Below are positions 13,943-27,169 of a stretch of 64,000 bases of DNA, piece by piece (the first letter of the stretch is position 1; every line of letters begins with the position of its first letter). Location of the stretch: assembly GCA_965112155.1 (NCBI GenBank), contig OZ218105.1, one strand, 5' to 3'. The stretch comes from Podarcis liolepis (lineage: Eukaryota). The translations under genes were made by a program, and so were the position numbers. The notes under the pieces are model-generated. The model made no database searches and was not told the DNA's origin. It saw only the letters and a list, made by a program, of their open reading frames with translations.

Positions 13943-15683
13943 ACCACTTGCAGAGCCCTAAATCTACCCTTTCTGGCAGCAGCCCTGTTGGGAAGTCTTT
14001 CCTAGCCCTACCTGGGGATTCCAGGGATTGAACATGGTACCTTCTGCATGTAAGGGATGCTGTATCACATTTCTCTTCACAAAGAACTTCCTCCAGATGA
14101 CCCTTGAATACCAGACAGAGGATGGGAGATGCTGAGCCCATGAATCATATTTAAGGAAAGGAGTAGTCGTCAACACACACCTATCACAGCCTGAATTAGC
14201 CCTAGCATTTGTATTTATCTCCACTCCAAGATCCCATTAGTAAAAAAGGTCACCTCAAACGGGGAGGAAAAAATACCTGCGCATAGTGAAACAATATTGT
14301 TTGAATCTAGTGACCATCTCTCCCTTCTCCTTTGTTCCCAAATTCACATCCTAGGGAAAAAATCATATTACATAGGAAGATTAAATTATGCGCAGGAAAC
14401 GTGTGCAGAAATCACAACAACTTCAGTGGATTGAACCAAGAAAAATGCAATGCTTCCCAACAAAGAACTGGTTAAATCTTAATGTTGCTTGAGAGTTATG
14501 ACTACTATCCTTTGTCCCTTAGTTGCTAAGCTTTCGGGGTCAGAATTTTAAATCGAAGTAAAACCTCATGAAGACCTTTTGTTTTGTGCTTGCATTTTAA
14601 TGTGTTTTCATATCAGAAGCCTTTGTTACTGGGCACTGGAACACTCATTGCTTGATATAAACTTTTCTCCATGTACAAAGCATCTAACAATCCTTGAAAC
14701 GGGTCCCGTAAGAGTTGCTCTAAGGTCAGCATTTCCTGAAACAGCTTGTCGTGCCTCTGGATCATGAGAGTTCACATCTTTACTCAGATCAGTAACTGAA
14801 ACCAAAGGGAGAGGCGCTCTGCCAATCTCCTTTGTCAAAAGGATAGCTTCCAATTGCAGATTGCTGTGTTCAAAGGTAGTTCCCCACCCTTTGGCTTCGA
14901 AAAAGAATTGTGAAAGAGAACTTACTTCCTTGAAGGCAGTGCATTCTGCTCTCAGTAGCAACCTGTTCAGAATCTCCTCAAACTGGCAACTAGAACTTTA
15001 ATAATTTTCATATTTTATGTGATCTTTCATGTGCCATAGACTCCACTTATGGAAATCTAGCAGAATCTAGTAGAAGCTTAGCACTCATTTCCACATCAAC
15101 TATTTCCAGAAAGAAAAGAAAAGAAAGGTCACCCCATTAAACCAGAATATCACAGGAGTTTTGCACTTTTATTTTCCCCACAGATTTCATGGACCATCCC
15201 ACCAGCGCTCATGTGATGGAATTTGGGGTATTATTCAAACATACAGTTCTTTCCCACCATTTCATAGGTGAACCATGCATGTAAATAAAGGGTGGTGCCA
15301 TGTCTAATAACATTGACTGTTGCATGACACTGCTCCCACTGGTGCGAATGAAGTTTAGTGCGACATAGTGGTGTATTGAGCAAAAAGTCAGTTTCATAAC
15401 ACAACAAGTAATGTAATATAAAAAGAATTCTAGAAACTGGGACAGAAGACATGGCATTAAAACGAGGCAAACTAACAAAATAAACCCCTTCTTTCAAAGC
15501 AAGGGGGTGGGTTTGCTGCCACCAAAGCATGGCAGTGCACCAATGGCTGCTGTGTATTTGTGACAGAGGCATTCCTGCCCACCTTCACAATGCCTTGGAA
15601 TGACTCAGTTTATATGGTGCTGTCAGAAATGATGATGACAGACCCTCTCACCTAGATAACCCCCCCAAACCCCATGAACCTTA

Positions 15684-16033
15684 AAGGTAAAGGGACCCCT
15701 GACCATTAGGTCCAGTTGTGACCGACTCTGGGGTTGCTTCGCTCATCTCGCTTTATTGGCCGAGGGAGCCGGCGTACAGCTTCCAGGTCATGTGGCCAGC
15801 ATGGCTAAGCCACTTCTGGCGAACCAGAGCAGCGCACGGAAATGCCGTTTACCTTCCTGCCGGAGCAGTACCTATTTATCTACTTGCACTTTGACGTGCT
15901 TTCGAACTGCTAGGTTGGCAGGAGCAGGGACGGAGCAACGGGAGCTCACCCCATCGCGGGAATTTGAACCGCCAACCTTCTGATTGGCAAGTCCTAGGCT
16001 CTGTGGTTTAACCCATAGTGCCACCCATGTCCC
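15684..16033 (-). mobile_element. Sauria SINE, full length
   Basis: tRNA-like head, (ACCTTT) tail, reverse complement of 54064-54403. TSD CCAT(G/A)AACCTTA at 15672-15683 and 16034-16045. Confidence 0.9.
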
Positions 16034-16249
16034 CCATAAACCTTAGATGAGCCCCAAATTGTAGGAAGGGAGCCTATGGGATTGCACTTTGGGGAGGGCC
16101 CACTCAATCCTGGCTCTGAATTTGTAGTGTAAAGACAACTGTTCCTGAAGGAAGTGGGGCAGTTACTGCTTACCAGTTTGTACATGGGCTGCTGCTTTCC
16201 ACTTCTCACCCAAGGATGAATGAGGGGAAGATGAGAAGAACATGTAGAC

Positions 16250-16564
16250 CAGGGGTCAGCAAACTTTTTCAGCAGGGGGCCAGTCCAATGTCCCTCAGAC
16301 CTTGTGGAGGGCCGAACTATATTTTGGAAAAAAAAAAAAGAACAAATTCCTATGCCCCACAAATAACCCAGAGATGCATTTTAAATAAAAGCACACAATC
16401 TACTCGTGTAAAAACACCAGGCAGGCCCCACAAATAACCCAGAAGTGCATTTTAAATAAAAGGACACATTCTACTCCTGTAAAAACATGCTGATTCTCTG
16501 ACTGCCTGCGGGCCGGATTTAGAAGGCAATTGGGCCAGATCCGGCCTTAGTTTGCCTACCCACA
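16250..16564. mobile_element. hAT MITE
   Basis: Starts CAGGGGTCAGCAAAC. Perfect 8-bp TSD ATGTAGAC (16242-16249 and 16565-16572). Internal tandem duplication of about 70 bp. Confidence 0.85.
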
Positions 16565-19500
16565 ATGTAGACTGATATAAATGACCTGTGGTAAGCTAGT
16601 GAATTATGGGAGGTAATGTTAATCTCCTAGGGGTCAAATGTTTCTCTCAAGGAGTTTGAAGTAGCAGAAAAGAGTAGGGAAATATGGGGTTGTATCTGAC
16701 AAGCTGGTTCCATCAGTACAAATATTTCCATTTGTGTAATGGAACTTCCCTGGTCCTCTTCCTGCATGTGCCCCACACATCTTCTCCCTAGCACAAGCAG
16801 AATTTCTTGCATTGATGGAATGAGTTAGTTGGATGCCTCCCATATCCTATAACACTTTTGATAGCATGTAGTAGGTCAGGGGAGACTTTGGCACTCCAGA
16901 TATTGTTGGATTCCAGTTCCTATTAGCTCCAGTGGTTAGGGATGATGGGAACTGTAGTCCAGCAATATCAGAAGGGCCAAAGTTTCCATATGGTATATGG
17001 CTTCCAAACTTTACATTTGTACCAAATGTCCCAGTCAATAAAATGGAATCTAGTTCATCTAAGATCAAATTATCTAACATGTTCTAACACTATAATGTCA
17101 AAATATTAAACTGCAGTATCTGTCCTTACTTTTAATTTACTTTTCAAACATGCATCTGCAAAATTTATTGCTTTTAATAAAACCTTTTCAAGAGGAAAAC
17201 AGCAGAACAGCTCACTTAGGCTGAAGCAACCTTGAAAGATACAGCTGTGGCTACTATGCTGCTACTATGTTACTATCTTTGGCATAGTAAATTTAGATTA
17301 TCCATTTCTTCCATAGCTAGCTGAATCACTGAGCTCTATGATGCAGACTGGCAACAATTTATATTTATGGATCCTGTTTGCAATGCCTCCATGGAGACCT
17401 CTGAAAAAGATTACAACAGATCATTCCAAACCAGACATGGGAGTGGGGGGGAGGGAGGGAGAGAAATCTCTGTGATAAAAAAATGCAGACATCATAACTC
17501 GGTGTTCACTGTTCCCAGTTAAAAGAACATTCTGTCACCTCTTTTGCATTGTTAATATACTTTCTTATGCAAAGTATGGCGAATTTTGTAAAGAAAGGGA
17601 ATTCAAAGATAGCTTTCCTTTAATATCGTATCAGCAAAATTTCAAGAAGTTACAGTTCAGGGAAGAAAGTCTTCCTTTAATATTATTACTATTTTTGCTT
17701 CTCATTACTTTGAAGCAGATATTCTCAAACTAGCAAGCCTCCTAGAATCACATTTTAAAAAATCCTTTTTACCGTTTTGTGTAACTAAGGCAAAAGGCAG
17801 TCAGATGGAGTGGAACTGATTTTGTTTCCTGAAGCAGGTGTTGGCACACTCCAGATTCGCAGGATTGACTTTGTTTATTACTAGGAGCCTGAAGGCCACC
17901 AACCAGGTGCAATATAGTGCCCTGTGTGGTGGAGTAGCAGGGGAAGGCAGATGCAAAATGGCATCCTAGAGAGTGCATTCAGACATTGGACTTACTGTGT
18001 TTATTTTCCTGATGATATTGCTAGTGTATTTATCCTCAGTTCCGACATTCCTTCTGCACTTCTTAAACACAATGCTGTGGCTGTGGCTGCAATCTGAAGT
18101 GAAAGATGAGCTCAGGGAGAGTAAGTTTTCTTACACCACCCCTTTCACACAGTTTCCTCCATGATAAAGCTTGCATGCTGCCTTTACCCACAACGGGGGG
18201 AAATAGATATGTATATTCATATTAGTACTGTGCTGAAAATCACTTTTGCTTTTTTATTACTATTAAAAAAACCACCTCTCCATCAATTAATGAGGAAACA
18301 AACTGCATTCAAAAATTATCAAAGGGGAGAGAAAAGTTCAGTTAAGCTTTCAATGGTGGATTTTTGTTGTTGCACTTTCCATACCTTGGATATCATAATT
18401 TTATTTATATGACTTACATGCTGTTTAATTTTTTTTAAAAAAATCTATTAAATGGTCCACATGAAATAGAATATAACTAAAAACCACAATCCTGCTGCAT
18501 ACATCCTCCCTTCAGCTCCTACACTGCATGTCATAGAACTTCATGTAGCATGTAGTTATATCACCAGTTTTCCTTTCATTGGATTGAGTTCACGAGACCT
18601 TGATAAATCTGTGGTGATTACATAGGAACACAGAAAGTGGTCTTCTACCGAGGCAGATCACTGGTCCATCTAGCTCAATATTGCCTATAGTGATTGGCTA
18701 CTGGCATTGCTGGGAACTGAACCTGGGACTTTCCTCATTCAAAGCTGTTGCTGTACCACTGAGCTACAGCCAGAAATTCATTGATGAAAGCTAGAAGATG
18801 AATTTTGGATAGTATAAAGGACTGGCACATAAATTTTCCATAAAATACACAGTTATCTAGCTGAGGCAAACCATAGATAATGGCTCTTAGATAGATAATT
18901 CAGCTGCCTCTGCTTATTTGGAGGTTTTGTCGCTCATGACTGCCTTGTAGAACAAGGCCTTCTGCAAGTGCCAGGCACACCAGAAACACTTCTTACAAAA
19001 CACCAGAGCAGAGGTCAGCCATATTAATGGACATCTGTAGACCCATGGGAGTTTCTAAATACTAATTAAGGTGTTATAATTAGCAATAACGCTAGCAATA
19101 TTAGTTTAATTCCTAGTTGCTAGACATTTTCTGTCTTTTCTCCCTGTCTCATTCCTGACTATGAATTTTAGAACAATAGCAGAGCTTAAAGCTCACAGTA
19201 ATGGTTTTAATGGCTTATTAGTGGGTACTTTCCCTTAACCTTTTGCACTGCTCCTTTCTCTGCCTCCCATACTGCCACTTTAGATCGATCCAAAGGGAGT
19301 GTGAAGAGGCACAACCGCTTGCAGCAAGAGCAAGTTCTCAGCTCAGCATGAAGAAAGTGAGAAAGGTCTGCGTCTAAATATCAGGAAGAAGGAGGCATTA
19401 AAAACTAAACTTTTTTGGTTTGGTTTTCAGATAGATCCTATCAGAAATGGCCTCAAGATATGTGTATTTCAAGCAACATGAACTGATTTATTCTTTTTTT

Positions 19501-21214
19501 TTTAAGTGGGGAGAGGGATAAACATCCTTCTAGTAACTTACTCATATTAATTGTGAGAAGGGTGGGAATGTTTTAAAAACCATGCTACCCTAATTCATCT
19601 TCTGTGTGCAACCCTGGATGGAGCAAAAGCTTTCCTCACAATCCTTCCTATTCAGAAAAGTCCAGGGCAAGTGCTGGAAGCTTTGTTGATGCCTTCCTTC
19701 CCTCACTCAGATTTTGGGGTGGCTTGAACCCCCTGAGAAAGGTGAACTCAATGAGGATCTCCTCAGTGATTCTTTAATGTCTCCACCACCACCTGAAAGA
19801 TAAATGAATCAGAGGTCTGGATTAGTTCTCCAAGCTACATGGGGAGCTAGAGTCACCCCAACCCAACCCCATTTCCCTCAAACTTCCAGCACTTCCAAAG
19901 CCAACACACATTTCCTCACTTCCCTTCTCCTCTCCATGCTTCAATAAAGTAGGAACAGTAGCAGAGGTGAGCAAGAGGGAAGGTTCCTCTCCCGTCTTCC
20001 CTTCACCATCAAAAACACTGGGCAAAGTGAGTTCCCTGAGGAGTTTAAGGGATTCAACAGTAGTTTAAGAACTGCAAAAATCCACCACGCTGCATCACAC
20101 TCCTAAATCAAGTCAGTCTGGTTCCTGTCTAGTGAGGATGGGAATGAAATATTTTTTTAAAAAAAATAAAAATGATGCCCAGCAGCAGTGTGGAGAATAT
20201 GTGTAGGATAAACACATCCCTATTGACATCTCTCCATCACTAAAATGGCTCTCCCAACTTCACAGATTATGACTGGAGTGGTGAAGTTGGGGGTTTGGGA
20301 TGCATTTCAACTCAGTTCATCCCCCCCATCTTCATCATCTTCATTCTATAGGCATTATATATATACCAGAGACAGAGAGTTGCATATACATACATAGGAC
20401 TAAATTTGAAATACAGTTCTTATTAAGTTAGATGATGATGGTTCCCTCCCCTTTGGATATGTGACTTCCTGCACCTCTGAGTGAAACTAAGGCCTGCAGC
20501 CATATATGCCTATATTTTTTCCCTCACCAGGAACTTGGGCTTTTCACTACAGAGGTGGACATGCAGTTTCTATGGCAGAATGGTCTCGATGTTAGCAATG
20601 TGCCTTCTTATGTGGTAGACGATGCGTCTGTAAATTTTGGGGAAACACGGGTTAGCGCACCAGAAATTAAAACAACTTAATGTCTGCCTGATACAAGTGA
20701 GATGCAAATCTCAAACATGAGATGAAGGATTTGAGTCGTGATGTAGAAACACTTGTCTTCTAGGTACGCAGTGAGTTTCCCCCTCAGGCAAGAAGGGTGG
20801 TATACAAATTAAATAAATAAATAAATAAAGCTGCACAGAACTCTATGGGGTAAAGGAAGGCCCCCCCCCCTTCAGAAATGAAGAGAAGAGAGGCCAATGT
20901 CTATGGAAGATCAGCCCAAGTCATTTGGGGCAAAGTCTCCCCAGATTAGAAGAGAAAATCTGGAGAAGAAGCAAATAAGATATTGACATGGAGCACTGAA
21001 TGCACAGGGAAATAGCACAATGTTGAAACCGCACATTAAAAACAAAAGCAAATGTCAATGCTGTCACTTCATAAAGCTGTGAAATGGGGAGATTTAGAGA
21101 CTCTTGCTTCAGCACTCTGCATTCTCATGGACAAGCTGTATGATGACATATGTAACAAACTAGGAATGAGTGCAATGGCAACCAAATAATAATAATACAG
21201 TAATAATAATAACT

Positions 21215-21484
21215 GGTCTCTTTCATACTTTTCATTCCTGTATCTAACGCCTCCTGTGAGTTTTTAGTTTAATGACACAACTGTGGACCAAGAACAGAAA
21301 CAGACTAAGTGACAGCACTGTGAAAGCTGAACTGCAGGTGCAACTGAACATTAACATGACCTGTGCAAAGCTTCCTGACTTTTTAAAAACAGAACTCAGG
21401 TCTACGAAAAACAGCAAGAGGCCAGTTCAAATACAAATTTTAAAGGAAGAAAGCCGAGGGCAAGCCAACCCACGTTTAATGTGA
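21215..21484 (+). pseudogene. hAT transposase C-terminal dimerisation-domain relic
   Basis: IPVSNASCE/FSLMTQLWTKNRNRLSDSTVKAELQV, with a frameshift, matches the hATC pattern P.S.A..ER.FS......R.RL. Confidence 0.7.
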
Positions 21485-22334
21485 AAACATCATATTTAAT
21501 TTCAAGTATTTCAGTATGAAGGTGTCATGCTGGCTTCCTAGCTGCAGAAAAGGAGAATACAAGAAGCTTAGAAGGGCGACAGGGTTTACTGTTTAAATGT
21601 GAACTGAAGAGGTACAAATGGCTTTGTGAATTCTAACCAGCATTTAAAGGGGTAAGGCTGCATGTAGACATCTGATCTTAGTTTGAATCCCCAGGAATTT
21701 CTGCAGTTGGCAACCTCACACCTAAGCTTTCATAGGGAATGGTTGTGGATGATGGAAGTTGTAGAACACAAAATTATGAGGGCACCACAGTAGTAGGCAG
21801 CAGTCTAAATTTTCCCTTCCCATAAAACAGGGATATATGGATCAGCAGAGCCACAACTGCATCCACATTCCTGCAACATATGGCAGCTGGGACAGAAGGC
21901 GGAACCTCAGACAGGTCATTGTATCAACATGAAGATGATGCAATGATTGGGCCTTGATCAGACGCAATGCTGTTACATAACAACAGTGAAACTGGCCTGA
22001 GATCAACTGGATCCCAGATCAGCTCAGCCCACCCTCTTTCCTGCCCTTGGGATGCACTGTTTCAAGGCATTCTACTGTCTGGCTCTGGTGGGGATCCCAC
22101 CAGAGGCCCTTCCACCTGCCTGCACATTTTTTGGCTAAAAGGTGGAAGGATCAGGGTGTGTCACTCAACTGGTGGTGGTTGGTGGGAGGCTGGCTGAGTT
22201 GAGAGAGGTGGGAAGAGGGACACCTTCACTCATTCCATAGCATAACATTTTTAGCTTGTGAACTACCCTGAGAGCTTTAGATTAAGGGTGGCTGTATTAT
22301 TTTTTTCTGGGGGTACTAAAGAGTATACAGTACC

Positions 22335-22335
<1 letters not shown>

Positions 22336-22374
<39 letters not shown>

Positions 22375-22456
22375 GATAAAAGTGTGGCACTTACTATAAC
22401 AACATGGTGAGTACCAGCACATTTTGTATTTTAAAAAAAGCACTGAAGGGCAGTAG

Positions 22457-22500
<44 letters not shown>

Positions 22501-22534
22501 CATCATCATCATCATCATTATTGTTATTATTATT
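22336..22534. repeat. (CA)n and (ATT)n(CAT)n microsatellites
   Basis: Direct inspection. Confidence 0.95.
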
Positions 22535-23145
22535 AGCATAAGAGGGGTTTGGATTGCTCTGTTAGTGTGTTTCTGCCCTCTCTCCATTGATTTTCACTGG
22601 CATAAAACAACACATGCCCTCCATCCGTACAAAAACCTGCAAAATGGGATGACAAGGAAGAAACAATTTCATATTAGTGAGCACTCCTTTATTAACTACT
22701 TTTCTAAAGCCAGAATTATGAAGCATATTGATTCTAAACTCTTTGCTTAGAAGTTAAACCCCATTGATTAAAGGGGTACTTGCTTCAAAGTTAGACATTC
22801 CTTATCTTTCACCCAAAAGTAGGTCAATACCCCAATCGTCATGCAAGAAGACCAGGGTTCTCTCTGACCAATGTCACTTAGGGAATCTACCTGCAAAGCC
22901 AAACAATGTATACATGCATTAAAAACAGTTCATTGTTAACTATACATCAATTATTTAAAGCTCTTCAGCATTTCTATGGTAACTGCATACTTTATCATGG
23001 TATATTATTCCCTAATGAAACACTAAAGAACAAGATGAGGCTCCGGCTCTGTGATGTGAATAAATGAACCCTGGGATGATTTTGCAAGTTGTCTTAAACT
23101 GTTTTTAATATTGTGTTTTAATGTTGTAACCCACCCTGGGACCTT

Positions 23146-23286
23146 NNNNNNNNNNNNNNNNNNNNNNNNNNNNNNNNNNNNNNNNNNNNNNNNNNNNNNN
23201 NNNNNNNNNNNNNNNNNNNNNNNNNNNNNNNNNNNNNNNNNNNNNNNNNNNNNNNNNNNNNNNNNNNNNNNNNNNNNNNNNNNNNN
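23146..23286. other. Assembly gap (141 N)
   Basis: Run of N. Confidence 1.
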
Positions 23287-26200
23287 GTGATTGCATTAAC
23301 ATGGACATCCAAGTATTTCTCCAAAATGATAGTTATTTATAGAATTCGTATCTCTCCCTTCCTCCTGAAGGAGCCCAGGCCACATAGTGAGGGAAGCAGA
23401 TCTGTGTTTTCATATGCAGGGCTGCCCCCATCAATGTCTAAAGCATTGAAATTGCAAAAGGATGTATAGGTGAGAGGTACTGAGCTCTTCCTCTCTCCCA
23501 CCCCCACTGAGCTTTGCTCCTTGGTATGAACTCCTTTGGCATTTTAAACCTCACCCCCAGCCTTTGCTTCAAATGTGATTGGGATAGGCATGCCTTTAAA
23601 GAAATGGATTGCATGTAGTTTGGGCCTGTGTGACCTCCTTTCAGTCGCAATGTTAATTAGCTGTCTCTGGTTATACGACAATCTCCTAGGCTAATCTATC
23701 ATACATGGTTGTTAAGAGGAAAATTTGATACTGAGGAGTGCTGTACAAATGATTGATAATAGTCTCTCTCTGATCACGAAATGGAAGACCTAGTCACTTC
23801 TCCAAGATTACTTAGAGCTGATTATTATATCAAATATACCCATTACTTCTTCTTTCATCCATATGTGCTGGGGGGGGGGGATAGCTGACCACTTGGTTTT
23901 ACACATATGCTTTTAAACACCAAGTGCACGATCACATTTTCTCTGCATGTCCTCCAAGTGTCCCGATTTTCCAGGGACAGTGTCAGAATTATGAAAGCCG
24001 TCATGGATTCTGATTTGAATCATCCTGAGCAGCAGTGGCTGTGGCTGAGAGGTAGCATCCCGTTGCCTTTTCATGGCCACCACTGCTGGTCTTCTCCCTT
24101 GGGCAGCTTGTAGTGGCCGCTGGAGAGTGGGCAAGGAGGATGAAAGACTGCTGCTACTGAGGCCCAGATCTACATGGCGGCAGCTCTGAGGGGGCAGGGC
24201 CATCCTGGGTGGGAAGAAAGGGGGAACGCAGTGCAGAAGGAGTCTTTATTTTTATTTTGTAATGTTTTGTGTGTCCATGTTGCCCCTTTCTAAAAAAATT
24301 TTTTTATTGGTGTGTGCTTTTCTTTTTCTAAATCTACCAAAGAATAAATAAAATAAAATTGGGATTAAGGGGTTTTCCCAGGACAGTAAAGATAGTGTGC
24401 TCTGTGTGTTGTTGGTGTAGAAGTGGTGACACTCACCCTTCTTCTGATAGGAAATACGGGGGGAGGCACAAAAATGGGGGGGGGGTTAAGGAAGGTCAGT
24501 TGGGGGGAGTGAGAAATGTCCCTATTCTCATCTAAGGAATGTTGGAGGGTATGTCTTTGAATGTGATGTACATTCCATTTCCTTGATGATCTCTTAATGG
24601 TTAATTCCCACATTTCTTTGAGTTTTCACATTATGTGAAAGCCACTTCTGGAAAGTTAGTAGAATATTGCACATGTCTGGCCTTTATTTCCATGTTATTT
24701 GATAAAAATCCCATTTCCCTTAATCTGGAAATCATGGGAATAAAGTGACACAATTTGGGATGGTATATAGGCATGTAGTTCTTTCCTGCTGCTTTGACAG
24801 CAGGGAACAAAATCATGTTATGTGTGGCCTAACAGCAGTGATATTGTCCAATGATGTTTATTGTTTTGTCCCACAATGCCCACTGGCATGAATAAAATTT
24901 AACATGACATTAGGCTTGTCATACATCAGGAAAATCCTCAACGTCCTGGTTTTCGGGTGTAAAAATGGCATCAGAGGGAAATTTTGCCGAATTGGCAAAA
25001 TTTCATGGCAAACCCAGATATATGGCAACACAATGGGAAAAGCTTAAAATCCCTTAAAAACAACTTTGTGGGTGTCAGGAATTTTACTTTTTGAAATATG
25101 GCAACCCTACGTGACCTGCCTATATAGCAGTCACAAAGCCGCAATTCCATAACGCAACAGGTACTTCAGTATGAAAGGAGCATTAGAAAATGAGACAGAA
25201 GCACTAACATTATAATCAGGAAAGCTAATGCAATTTATTCCATGTATAAATGCACCCTTAGTTTGCCTGACAGATTTAGTGTTAAACTTGGATCATGGAG
25301 ATCTGGTTTCAAATCCTTGCTAAACTATTATGCCTACTTGGTGGTCATGGGAAAGCTACTATCTCTGAATCTGACCAACTCAGATGGCTATTGTAGGAAT
25401 AACATGGGAATAATGTATGTTGTCCTGCTCTCCTTATGGGAAGGATGAATACAATAAAATGTGTCTCTGTGAATCAAGGTACATGTGGCGTGGTGATAAT
25501 ATACCTATGGAAAACACAAGAAATACTCACTACCGAAATATTTTGTGCTTGAGTAGTGAGTGTCACCTTACAAAATATACTATGCACAGTATATGATGTG
25601 TTGCATGACTATGCAACACCTGGTTTCGACTAGGAGTTTCCTGAAATGGGAAGGCAAACTTAGCATGGTGCTAGTCTGTATTGCTTTCAAACTTTGCCTA
25701 ATCCCATCCTCCCATGTACTGTTGAGCCCTTGCTTTATGCAGTTGGTTGCTCTTCCATTTGTTTACATGAGTAAGTCCAGAGATCTGAATACATAGAATG
25801 CAATTAATTAGGTATTCACTTGGGGGTTATATGCAGTTTGGTAGATAAACTGGCTTGCATGCTCTACATGGTTTCCAAGGAGTTTGCATCATCTCAAATG
25901 AAGGGATCAATCAAAGGAATGTTTCAGATGAAAATGTAATTGCTTTCAAGGATTAAAATTTTAATCATGTTTATTCAATTACCAATTAACGTCTAGTTTC
26001 CACAGTTTAGATCTTTATGGAAATAGGCCCATTGTTGTGAAGATAAAGGCAACACATGCAGGTTTGAAAGGGACTGTTGTGAAATTCTTTTACGTCGGGT
26101 GGAATTTACTTCCACTGAAGCAACTCTTAATTTAATTTCACTGAAAGGAATGTGCCAGAGATTTCATATGTTGCAGCTCCTTTCTCACCAAAATATAGAC

Positions 26201-27096
26201 GTAGCTGCCATCTGGTATAAAAAGACCCTGGATTACATATGGACAAAAGAAATAATGTTCTCTACGAAAAACATTCCATATGCTTGCTTATGAAATGGTG
26301 GTTTAAAAAAATCCCCAAAAACTTTGATACAAGTCCATCATTATTTGTGAAACTTCTTGCTCTTATAATTAAAATAGCTGATTCTAAAGTCACTCAGTAA
26401 ATGATGGTGGTGCTTCCATTGGTGTTTGGTTTTGGAAACTGCAATTTAGTTAAGTTTACTTTTAATTGCCAACTAAATTGAATTTGTCCCCTATCCCAGA
26501 TGCAGGTGAAAATAAAGTGATTCTTTGGGTAAAGCTATGGCTACTGACGTGGCATAAGAGTGTTTTAAATGCAAGGTGTGGATGTGACCACAGTTGTAAA
26601 TGCATGTAGGTGTCGTTCTAACCTTCAATGCAGGGGGCAGGATAGCACACGATCCACTCTACCTTCTCCATGTATTCAGCTGTTGTCTGAAAAGGATTAA
26701 AGATTGACCACAATAGTCACAAGGAGTTGGGGTAGCCAGACCATTGCAGTTCAACTGAAGGTAGACTTGGCATCAAGTATATTGAAAGTAACATGTATAA
26801 TCTGAACACTGATACCACTAAAGTCTTCTTGCAGATGGGAATATGTTCTATTGATCCTCTCTCTTGTTCTTCAGGTATATTAGGAAGAACGAAATGAAAG
26901 TAAATTTATCTGAAGAATCTAGGTCATTTATAAATCTGTGTGCATTAGGATATTGATCTCTTGGCACTCTCGCAAGAAGGAAATCTGAAGAAATCTGAAA
27001 TAGTGAGCAGTATGTTGCCCCATACAACAGAGTGTAAAGTTTACAAATGATCTCCCTGATGGACAATGTGGATGGAGAATGAAAGGCTCTCTGGAA

Positions 27097-27097
27097 T

Positions 27098-27168
<71 letters not shown>
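27097..27168. repeat. (TTTC)n microsatellite
   Basis: Direct inspection. Confidence 0.95.

Positions 27169-27169
<1 letters not shown>

Noticed and set aside
16355-16490. CRISPR-like or satellite repeat
   Set aside because: Only two copies, inside a hAT MITE, in eukaryotic DNA.
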